This document shows, piece by piece, positions 36,652 to 44,963 of a stretch of 64,000 nt of DNA (position 1 is the stretch's first letter; each line of letters opens with the position of its first letter). The notes beneath the pieces are model-generated. The model was not told where the DNA came from. It did not search any database and saw only the letters and a program-made list of their open reading frames with translations. The DNA lies in UHGV virus genome UHGV-0170778; one strand, written 5' to 3'. The position numbers and the translations under genes are program-made. Source of the DNA: a virus.

Positions 36652-38211
36652 ATGATCAAAAAATGTAAGATATGCGGAAAAGAGTTTGAAGCATATGGTA
36701 CTTCTGAATATTGCCCAGGCCCTCACTATAAAAAATGTGCTGTTTGTGGTAAAGAGTTTGAATGGGATAGATTGCATCCTAAGAAATGTTGTTCGAGGAA
36801 ATGTGCAGCAGCTCTTCGACTTTCTACTATATCATCAGAAACAAGAATATGCGAACTTTGTGGGAAAGAATTTCATCCTAATAATAGTACGCAAAAATAC
36901 TGTAAAGATGATCATTACAGACCTTGTCCTGTGTGTGGGAAACCAATTAAAATAACTGAAGACACAAGCATTACTTCTTGTTGTTCTGTTGAATGTAGTA
37001 ATGAGCTTAGAAAGAGGACATGTATTGATAAATATGGAGTTCCTATTGTATCTCAGAATGACGAAATACGACAGAAATTGAGTCAAGCTTCAATAGAATC
37101 AGAAAATAAGAGAAAAGAAACATGTATCAAACGATATGGAGTTGAATTCGCTTCTAAATATTCTGAGGTTAGAAGAAAAATATCGAATACAGTTAAAAGC
37201 AAAGAATGTCAAAGTAGAATTAGAAATACGACACAACACAAGTATGGAGTTCCGTTCGTAATGCAATGCGAAGAAGGATTATCTAGATATAGAAAAACAA
37301 TAGAATCTAAATATGGAGTTCCATATTTTTGTATGACAGATAAATGCAAAGACTCGCAAGGGAAAGTAATTTCGACTCTAAATAAAAGTTTTGGAAACTT
37401 ATTGAGTCAAAATAACATACCATATACATTTGAATACAAGATAGAGAATAGATCGTATGATATTTGCGTCCCTGGATCAAAAACACTGATCGAAATTGAT
37501 CCTACATATACTCATAATGTTATTGGAAATTGTTGGGGACCTGGCTTAGAGATCAATTATCATATAGAGAAGACAAAATTAGCAAATGAATATGGATTCA
37601 GGTGTATTCATATTTGGGATTGGGATGATTGGGATAAGATAATAAATATCATCAGGCCAAAATCCGTCATATATGCTAGAAAATGTAAAATAAGTGTGAT
37701 TGATCGAAAAACAGCAGAATCTTTTGAAATTGATAATCATTTACAAGGCGCTGTAAAAGGACAATCTATTTGCTTAGGTCTATTTTATTGCAATGATCTA
37801 GTACAGGTCATGACTTTCGGTAAACCTAGGTACAATAAAAACTACGATTGGGAACTGCTTAGACTCTGTTCCATTTCTGATTATGCAGTTGTAGGCGGAG
37901 CAGAGAAGCTATGGAAATATTTCATAAGTAGACATGTATCAGATTCAGTTATTTCTTATTGTGATTTGTCTAAATTCAAAGGAGATGTTTACACGAGATT
38001 AGGTATGTCCTTAGACTTTGTAAACGAACCCAATAAAATATGGTCTAAGAAATCTGAAATGATAACCAATAACTTACTCCTTCAACGAGGGTACGATCAA
38101 TTATTCAATACAAATTATGGAAAGGGGACCTCAAACGAAGAATTGATGCTGGAACACGGATGGTTGCCGGTTTATGATTGTGGTCAAGCAAGATATACAT
38201 GGAGTAATTGA
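36652..38211 (+). CDS. Zn-ribbon / Vsr-like homing-endonuclease-like protein with extra C-terminal domain (paralog of 34242..35939)
   Basis: CKICGK, CAVCGK, CELCGK, CPVCGK ribbons. RYGVEFASKYSEVRRK-type repeats. LIEIDPTYTHN...GFRCIHIWDWDDWDKI nuclease core. C-terminal domain collinear with the minus-strand paralog. Confidence 0.55.
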   Translation: MIKKCKICGKEFEAYGTSEYCPGPHYKKCAVCGKEFEWDRLHPKKCCSRKCAAALRLSTISSETRICELCGKEFHPNNSTQKYCKDDHYRPCPVCGKPIKITEDTSITSCCSVECSNELRKRTCIDKYGVPIVSQNDEIRQKLSQASIESENKRKETCIKRYGVEFASKYSEVRRKISNTVKSKECQSRIRNTTQHKYGVPFVMQCEEGLSRYRKTIESKYGVPYFCMTDKCKDSQGKVISTLNKSFGNLLSQNNIPYTFEYKIENRSYDICVPGSKTLIEIDPTYTHNVIGNCWGPGLEINYHIEKTKLANEYGFRCIHIWDWDDWDKIINIIRPKSVIYARKCKISVIDRKTAESFEIDNHLQGAVKGQSICLGLFYCNDLVQVMTFGKPRYNKNYDWELLRLCSISDYAVVGGAEKLWKYFISRHVSDSVISYCDLSKFKGDVYTRLGMSLDFVNEPNKIWSKKSEMITNNLLLQRGYDQLFNTNYGKGTSNEELMLEHGWLPVYDCGQARYTWSN

Positions 38212-38363
38212 TTGTAAATTGCATACTAGTATGATATTTTGAATATGTATGCATGAAATTTAATTCAATGATATGTATAATATATAATACAGTAATTAAA
38301 TAAAAATAGTCATCTAAATATAACCTTATTTACGTGTAAATAAATATTATTAAGGAGTTTATC

Positions 38364-38732
38364 ATGAAAATCAAACGTACTAAAGTCAATTGTTCAACTG
38401 ATTCTGACGGATATATGTTTATCGATGAGCTTGAAAGACTTGTTAAAGAGGAATATGGTGACAAAACAGAATTTTATTCTGAACCTTCTGCACAAGGAGA
38501 TTATACAGGGTACGATATGATTCAAGTCATTTTACCTCATGATATATATGATGTTGAAGAAGACTATATCTTTAACTTTTCTTTCAAACTTAAGGAGGAA
38601 GATTCAGTTATACAAGATGTAGGATATTTAGATGCAGCTAAACATTACTTCGATATTATCAAAGATGAAATTGATGAATCCAGAAAATATTATACAGATG
38701 AGTATGATGATGAATACGATGAGTATGCCTAA
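38364..38732 (+). CDS. hypothetical acidic protein
   Basis: 122 aa, D/E/Y-rich C-terminus. Confidence 0.35.
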   Translation: MKIKRTKVNCSTDSDGYMFIDELERLVKEEYGDKTEFYSEPSAQGDYTGYDMIQVILPHDIYDVEEDYIFNFSFKLKEEDSVIQDVGYLDAAKHYFDIIKDEIDESRKYYTDEYDDEYDEYA

Positions 38733-38745
38733 TTAAAATCAAAAC

Positions 38746-38777
38746 GCAGCAAGATCAAATTCTTGCTGCTATTTTTA
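38746..38777 (+). terminator. rho-independent terminator (cassette copy 3)
   Basis: GCAGCAAGA-TCAAAT-TCTTGCTGC followed by TATTTTTAT. Confidence 0.6.
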
Positions 38778-38809
38778 TGTCCAAAATATTAAAAAACTAT
38801 TAAGAACAC

Positions 38810-38838
38810 TTGAATTTATATCAATATTTCGTTATAAT
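38810..38838 (+). promoter_or_regulatory. sigma-A-type promoter TTGAAT-17-TATAAT (cassette copy 3)
   Basis: Identical to copy 2. Confidence 0.6.
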
Positions 38839-38917
38839 ATATGTGTAATAAAAGATAAATAGATGTAATGAGGTGTCACAAAGAACTACAAACCTACCAA
38901 TACAGAAAGGTGTTTAT

Positions 38918-39071
38918 TATGAAGTATTATGTAATATCTTATGAAAACGGAGAAACAAGATACGGTGAATTTGCAGACTATATGAGTGCGTTAAATTATG
39001 CAGAAAGCCGTAACGGAGGTTATGAATTTACGATTGAAGAATATGACAGCGAAGATGATTACTTTTGCTAA
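38918..39071 (+). CDS. hypothetical small acidic protein
   Basis: 51 aa, GAAAGGTG SD; the track start is 38868. Confidence 0.3.
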
Positions 39072-39089
39072 TTGAAAGGAGTATTACAC

Positions 39090-39902
39090 ATGACTAAAAC
39101 AGAATTGAGAGAGGTACTCGATTTGCATCAGAAATGGCTGAATCTTGAAGACGATGGAGTCAGAGCTAATCTGCATGATTGTGATCTAAGTGGTGCTGAC
39201 TTGCAAGGTGTAGATTTAAGTAGGGCTAACCTGCTGAGAGCAAATCTACACGGAGCTGATTTACGAGGAGCATATTTAGGTGGGTGTAACTTGTATGAAG
39301 CTGATCTCAGTTGCGCAGATATGCAAGGAGCTATCTTTCACAATGCTAACTTTACAGGAGCTAACCTTCGAGAATCAAATCTAAGCGGTTCTGATATGTT
39401 TTTAGCTAACTTGAAGAGAGCAAATTTGCAAAAAGCTAATTTAGTAGAAGCAGACCTATTTCAAGCTAACTTGAAGAGAGCAAATTTGCGTGAATCTGAC
39501 TTGCGTGAAGCTAACCTAGTAGGGGCTGACTTACGGGGAGCAGATTTGCGTAGTGCAAGAAATGTACCTTTCATTCCTCTCATTTGTCCGGAAAAGGGTG
39601 AATTTACTTCTTTCATTAGATGTGGTGACTATATTGTAGAACTTTTGATTCCAGCTGACGCTAAACGGTTTTCTGCAACCACAAGAAGATGCTGGGCAAA
39701 TTATGCTAAAGTTCTGTCAATCACAACATTGTCTGGAGACCCTGTCGAAACGATTAGTGTAACAGATACTGAAGTTTCTCCAAACATTGTATACACAGTC
39801 GGAGAATTTGTATATCCGAATTACTTTAGTGATGACCGGTGGGACGAATATTACGGTGGTATCTATTTTTTCATCAATCGACAAGAAGCTGTAAACCATT
39901 GA
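39090..39902 (+). CDS. pentapeptide-repeat protein (Qnr/MfpA-like fold)
   Basis: About 28 consecutive A(D/N)LxX pentapeptides (ANLHDCDLSGADLQGVDLSRANLLRANLHGADLRGAYLGGCNLYEADLSCADMQGA...), followed by a ~120-aa non-repeat C-terminal domain. ATG 39090 follows AAAGGAG. Confidence 0.8.
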   Translation: MTKTELREVLDLHQKWLNLEDDGVRANLHDCDLSGADLQGVDLSRANLLRANLHGADLRGAYLGGCNLYEADLSCADMQGAIFHNANFTGANLRESNLSGSDMFLANLKRANLQKANLVEADLFQANLKRANLRESDLREANLVGADLRGADLRSARNVPFIPLICPEKGEFTSFIRCGDYIVELLIPADAKRFSATTRRCWANYAKVLSITTLSGDPVETISVTDTEVSPNIVYTVGEFVYPNYFSDDRWDEYYGGIYFFINRQEAVNH

Positions 39903-39921
39903 CGAAAAGGAGAAAATAGAT

Positions 39922-40110
39922 ATGAATAAGGAATATCGTTATGGTATGCTACACAGACCTTACGGTATTGGATGTCAACCTAGTAAAGGTCTAATTCTCG
40001 CTTACGGTGAATATCCAAACTTCGGCAAGAAGTATTTCAGTGTATTAGTATACGACAGAAAATTGACTAAGAAAGAAATTGACGAATATGAACTGGAGGA
40101 AATCAAATGA
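39922..40110 (+). CDS. hypothetical protein
   Basis: 62 aa; AAAGGAG RBS. Confidence 0.35.
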   Translation: MNKEYRYGMLHRPYGIGCQPSKGLILAYGEYPNFGKKYFSVLVYDRKLTKKEIDEYELEEIK

Positions 40111-40292
40111 GAGTGGAGTATGTCGTTAATAACTATACATTAAGAGCTAAAGTAAAAACAACTCCTAAACATAAACTAGTCGATGTAGATCGAATTGATC
40201 GCAACCACACGAAGCTCATCTACCGAAATCTAACTCAGCAAGAAAAAGAATTCACTGATAAAGTTCTTGCTAAAAAAGGTAAAGTAGAATAA
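40107..40292 (+). CDS. hypothetical protein
   Basis: 61 aa. Confidence 0.3.
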   Translation: MRVEYVVNNYTLRAKVKTTPKHKLVDVDRIDRNHTKLIYRNLTQQEKEFTDKVLAKKGKVE

Positions 40293-40337
40293 TATCAAAA
40301 ACAAATTACCTTTTATATTATACAGAAAGAAACAATT

Positions 40338-40778
40338 ATGAAAATGTATTTGAAATCCTCTAGATCTAATGGTCAAATAGGTATTTGGTGGTACACAGAT
40401 AATAAAGATATATGGGCCAAATTAAAACCTACAGATCAAGGGTATCTAGACGGTTTATATTATCAGTACGACAATACAACAAATCATCTGAATGCTTGGA
40501 GACAAGTAGTATCAGATAATGTTGAAAACAGAGAAGAAGCAAACACAATCATTGCTAAAGGTTACAAGTCATTAGAACGAGGAAGAGTAATCTACAACAC
40601 AGCAACACAATGCTATGAAGTAATTTGTAGTAAAGAACTTGTAAACGATAAAGAGTTCAGAGATAAATTAGTTGATGTATTCAATTTATCTGGTAATAGG
40701 GTAGAATTCAATGCTCTTTCTCATTACTATAAATCAGAGTTGACTGGAAACCCTGCTTTAGATTCATTTGAATATTAA
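40338..40778 (+). CDS. hypothetical protein
   Basis: 146 aa. Confidence 0.35.
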   Translation: MKMYLKSSRSNGQIGIWWYTDNKDIWAKLKPTDQGYLDGLYYQYDNTTNHLNAWRQVVSDNVENREEANTIIAKGYKSLERGRVIYNTATQCYEVICSKELVNDKEFRDKLVDVFNLSGNRVEFNALSHYYKSELTGNPALDSFEY

Positions 40779-40847
40779 GTTTGAACATATACAAATTTAA
40801 TATTAAATTAAATATATAAATTCTAAAACCGTTAGGAGAAAAACAAA

Positions 40848-41633
40848 ATGCCAGTATCAGAAAAAATTCAGCTTCTAGGAAAAGGAATGTACAAAGACAT
40901 TCCAGATGAGCTGACACTAAACGCAATCCCAACATCTGCTGAACTTGATTATGTAGGTGGAGATGATTTTGACAAAACAATGATTGAAAAAATCTTCCCA
41001 CAAGCGATTACAGAAGACATTAACTTCAGCGAACTACTTCAAATAGATTATCAGTGGATCTGTAGATGTTTAAGAATTCTAAATTATGGTCCATATCATA
41101 CAACAAATAACATCATGTGTTCAGCTTGTGGAGAAGTATCCTCCGGAGAATATCAAGTAGACCTAAGAACAGTAAATTGTGTTCCAATCCCTGCTGGAAC
41201 AAAGAATGAATTCCAGTTAACAAAAGAAAGCTTCATCGACTTCGACGGAGAAATCACATTCAAGATGTTAACAATGAAAGAGCTCTTTGCATCACAGCAA
41301 GATAAGACATTTGCAAACAAAGATGGATCCATCAACAAACAGCTTTCCAGAATCTGTTATATGATTAAGTCATTCAAAGGAAAAACAGGTATGCTTCCAC
41401 TTGAAGTAAAAACACTTATCAACAAGAAGCTATCACCTGCTGATTTCGTAATCTTGAGAAACAAGATGGATGAGATGACTGACTTCGGTCTAAGAGCAGG
41501 AGGAACATGTACTTGTCCAAAATGCGGAAATACAACAGCAGCATATCTTGCTCTAGTAGATGAAAGATTTTTTCGCCCGACCGTGGGAGATCTCTACGCA
41601 TGGAGAGACGATCCAGATCGCAGGAAAGACTAA
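40848..41633 (+). CDS. putative tail assembly chaperone (G-like) with C4 zinc ribbon
   Basis: 261 aa between the tube and tape-measure genes. CSACGE...CTCPKCGN. Its 3' end overlaps a +1-frame ORF, 41560..41832. Confidence 0.4.
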   Translation: MPVSEKIQLLGKGMYKDIPDELTLNAIPTSAELDYVGGDDFDKTMIEKIFPQAITEDINFSELLQIDYQWICRCLRILNYGPYHTTNNIMCSACGEVSSGEYQVDLRTVNCVPIPAGTKNEFQLTKESFIDFDGEITFKMLTMKELFASQQDKTFANKDGSINKQLSRICYMIKSFKGKTGMLPLEVKTLINKKLSPADFVILRNKMDEMTDFGLRAGGTCTCPKCGNTTAAYLALVDERFFRPTVGDLYAWRDDPDRRKD

Positions 41634-41832
41634 AACATTCGCAGAAGTAAGACAACAACAATACGAAAACATAGTAGACGAAACATTATTCATAGCAAGA
41701 GCATCAGAAGGTGCAGTATCAGCTGATTGGATAATGACACAACCAATATTTATCAGAAAGAAATATGTAGAATCGTTTACAGAAGAATTGAAACAGCGAG
41801 AAGCTGAAATGAAGAAAGTAAAAAACAAATAA
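41560..41832 (+). CDS. +1-frame extension ORF (candidate frameshift product, GT-like)
   Basis: Overlaps the end of ORF 40848 by 74 nt in the +1 frame. Lies directly before the tape-measure gene. Confidence 0.35.
   Translation: MKDFFARPWEISTHGETIQIAGKTKTFAEVRQQQYENIVDETLFIARASEGAVSADWIMTQPIFIRKKYVESFTEELKQREAEMKKVKNK
41565..41576 (+). other. candidate programmed frameshift site AGA-TTT-TTT-CGC
   Basis: In frame 0 it reads R-F-F-R. A +1 slip of tRNA-Phe from UUU to UUC enters the 41560 frame, just before the rare CGC codon. Confidence 0.35.
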
Positions 41833-41844
41833 AAGACGGCGTCT

Positions 41845-41895
41845 GGGTAGGATAAACTTCTAAGGGTTGCGGGGAGTTGTCCTACCCTTTTATAT
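41845..41895 (+). terminator. putative terminator
   Basis: GGGTAGGA...TCCTACCC stem followed by TTTTATATT, between the chaperone and the tape measure. Confidence 0.4.
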
Positions 41896-41930
41896 TGTAT
41901 ATAAGAAACAAAACATCTAGGAGTGATAAT

Positions 41931-44909
41931 ATGGCAGACAGAAATCCAGATGCTAATATATTACAGAATGAATTCAAAGTAAAGTCCGATGACGGCAATG
42001 AAACAACTGCAAGACGGAAAGGGGCTAATCCTAAGAATTCAGAAGAATATTTGAAAGCAATATATGATCTACTTAAAGATTCTACTAGATCATCACAATC
42101 ATCTGCAAAAAGAAAGCAGAGTGATATTGATGTAGATAACATATTTAGAAATAAACATGCTTTCAAAAATTCTGGAAAAGGTGTACTTGACGGATTTGAA
42201 GATGCACTTAAAGAACAAATACTAGGAGATAACTTCAAAAAAGAAGTGAGTAAATCTTTAAGTGGATTTGCAGATTCATTAGGCGTAAGTGTAAAGGACT
42301 TGCCGAATGGTATTGGACAGAAACTAGGCAAAGATCTATTTACAGAGTTAGGTAAATCAAAAGCCGGAGCAAAAGTAGCTAATACATTTACAAAAGCAGG
42401 TAGTCAAGCAGCCTCTGCAATTACTGGAGGATTAAGTACTGCAACTAAAGTAATTAAAGACGGAGGGTCTGTTTTATCTGCAGGTGTAAAAGGATTAGGA
42501 ACTGCTGCAGCTGCTGTTGGTCCTGAATTATTAGCTATAGGTGCTGCAGCTTCTGTTGTAACAGTTGCTTTGCTTGCTATAGATCCTGCGCTAGAAGGGT
42601 TTGTAAATTACGCAAAAACAGCTCTCAAGACGATGAATAGAGACAATGATCAGCGAAAGAAAAATACAGAGCTGATGAAAAAGCGTCTTGAAGCTGATGT
42701 TAATACGCTTGTTGAACAACCATTTGCAATACTAAAGCAATCAGCACAAGAAGTATATGATGCTTGGGACAAAAATGTAAGACTGATCAATGCAACTCAA
42801 GGGTATAACAAATCAGACTTACAGAACTTGATGTCTAATTATGCTTCTAGACTTCGTTCAGAAGGATTAGATAATGTAATAAGCGGTACAAGTATCATTG
42901 ATAATTTAGCTTCCGTTCTACAATCTGGGCTATCTGGAAGAGTAGCAGAAGAATTTGCATACTTAGCTACAAAGCTGAATGCAGAGATACCAACACAAGA
43001 CTTTTTCAATTATGCAGATACATATGCTTCACTTGCTGCTAATGCTATAAAGAATGGTGCATCTCAATCAGAAGCAATCAGTTATGCAAACTCACAGCTA
43101 GAACAATTTGCTAGTGATATACTTTATGCTTCAAGACAGCTGTCAGGTGGGTTCAGTACAGGACTTAAGAACGCAAGTACATTATTTGAACAGTCTACTA
43201 AAATAGCAACAGCTGCTAAAACAGGTAATGCGTCACAGATAGCTGGAGTACTTACATCTGTTTCTGCAATAGTAGGAGCAGTAGCACCTGATCTTACAGA
43301 TTCAATAACATCTGCTATATATGATACAGCAACAGGTGGAAACACCTCACAGATAGTTGCATTAAGATCGCTTGCAGGCATAAATGCATCTAATACAGAA
43401 TTCTTACAACAGCTTGCAAGAGACCCACAAGGTGTATTTTCAACACTATTTTCCAATCTAGCAAATCTCCAGAATATGTCCAAGAGCAACTATATGGAGG
43501 TTGCAGAAGGTTTATCCGATGTATTTGGAATTTCGTCTGAAGCATTTCAACGAATAGATTTCAATTACTTAGCAAAAGCTATATCTCAGATGAATTTGAA
43601 CAATGCTTCTTTATCTGAGAACTTAGAGCATCTAGCTTCGGGACAAACAACTACAACAACTGAACAGCTTAAGATGCAACAGATAAACAAGTATTTGATA
43701 GATGAAGGTCTGTCTTATGTACTTGATAATGAAGCAACACGAGCTATTCAAGAGCATATGTGGGATGAACAGCTTGCAAGACAAATGACTGAAGCTGAAT
43801 ACGCTGTTAACTTGCAAGGGTCTGCACTTGACTACTTAGAAAGTATTGTCCATACTATATCTAATTTGCTCAAGTTATTGAATCCGTATTATGCTATAGC
43901 AAACGGTGTATCTAATCTTGCAAAAACTGCAATAGCAGCTAACAAGCAAAGAGATGCTGTGAAAACTCTTCTGAAAGCATCGAATGTAGGGTCTGCAAAT
44001 GCAAGAACATTCTATAATCTAAGCACTCCAGGTATAGATGCTGGATTAACATCTGGGTTGATCAGCATGATGTATGGATTAAAATTATCTTCAGGTAGTT
44101 CTTCGTCCTTACAAAGAAGAGTCAAATCTGTATATGGGTGGGGTACCTTAAGCAAATCACAAGCAGCAGCAATACAAGGACATATAGCATCACCTTATAC
44201 ATTCACAGACACATCTGTAGCAAGTGGGACATCATTATCATCTTCTGCTGCAAGTTCTGCACGAGTAGAAAAAATGCTTGCTACTATGGAGTCCATGGCA
44301 AGTGCACAGAATAAAGATAAATCATACAAGTACTCTTATTCGGATTGGGCTAAAACAGCAAGACGATATGGTATATCTAATTTAGATGAAGCATTAGAAG
44401 CTGCTGGATATTCTACATCAGATGTAAAATATCAATATGAACAATATCAAACATTATCTGCAGCAAAGCAGCAGCAAGAAAGACTCGAGAAAGAAGAAGA
44501 AACTTGGGACATGTTATTAACAAATGTACCTGATATTGATACATTGATAAAAAATAGTATAGTCCCTAAGTTAGAGTCAATAGGTATTGATCTTAATAAG
44601 TTCTTGACACAATGGATAAACTACTATGTGAAACATACAGCATACTTAGAAGCAACTAGATATAAGAGTTCTGATTATGATAAGATACGGAAAAAAGAAA
44701 AGAAGGGTTCAGATTCTATAGTTGCTAAACTTGCAAATACATTAACAAGTAACTTAGTAGATATAAAAGACCCAACAGTTCAGACAAATGTTTTACTTGC
44801 AGAGATGCTGAAAGTGTTAACTACCATAATGCAACAGAACAATAACAAAACAACAAGCACAGAACTTGCAGATTCTTTGAAAGGTCTGTCATTAGGGTTG
44901 CTTAAATAA
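41931..44909 (+). CDS. tail tape measure protein
   Basis: 992 aa, A/S/G/T/L-rich with long predicted helical segments. Position after the chaperone with frameshift. ATG 41931 follows GGAGTG; the track start 41877 is non-ATG. Confidence 0.6.
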   Translation: MADRNPDANILQNEFKVKSDDGNETTARRKGANPKNSEEYLKAIYDLLKDSTRSSQSSAKRKQSDIDVDNIFRNKHAFKNSGKGVLDGFEDALKEQILGDNFKKEVSKSLSGFADSLGVSVKDLPNGIGQKLGKDLFTELGKSKAGAKVANTFTKAGSQAASAITGGLSTATKVIKDGGSVLSAGVKGLGTAAAAVGPELLAIGAAASVVTVALLAIDPALEGFVNYAKTALKTMNRDNDQRKKNTELMKKRLEADVNTLVEQPFAILKQSAQEVYDAWDKNVRLINATQGYNKSDLQNLMSNYASRLRSEGLDNVISGTSIIDNLASVLQSGLSGRVAEEFAYLATKLNAEIPTQDFFNYADTYASLAANAIKNGASQSEAISYANSQLEQFASDILYASRQLSGGFSTGLKNASTLFEQSTKIATAAKTGNASQIAGVLTSVSAIVGAVAPDLTDSITSAIYDTATGGNTSQIVALRSLAGINASNTEFLQQLARDPQGVFSTLFSNLANLQNMSKSNYMEVAEGLSDVFGISSEAFQRIDFNYLAKAISQMNLNNASLSENLEHLASGQTTTTTEQLKMQQINKYLIDEGLSYVLDNEATRAIQEHMWDEQLARQMTEAEYAVNLQGSALDYLESIVHTISNLLKLLNPYYAIANGVSNLAKTAIAANKQRDAVKTLLKASNVGSANARTFYNLSTPGIDAGLTSGLISMMYGLKLSSGSSSSLQRRVKSVYGWGTLSKSQAAAIQGHIASPYTFTDTSVASGTSLSSSAASSARVEKMLATMESMASAQNKDKSYKYSYSDWAKTARRYGISNLDEALEAAGYSTSDVKYQYEQYQTLSAAKQQQERLEKEEETWDMLLTNVPDIDTLIKNSIVPKLESIGIDLNKFLTQWINYYVKHTAYLEATRYKSSDYDKIRKKEKKGSDSIVAKLANTLTSNLVDIKDPTVQTNVLLAEMLKVLTTIMQQNNNKTTSTELADSLKGLSLGLLK

Positions 44910-44963
44910 CACCTATTATATACATGACCGTTACAGAAACATTCTATACAGAGGAGTTAATCA

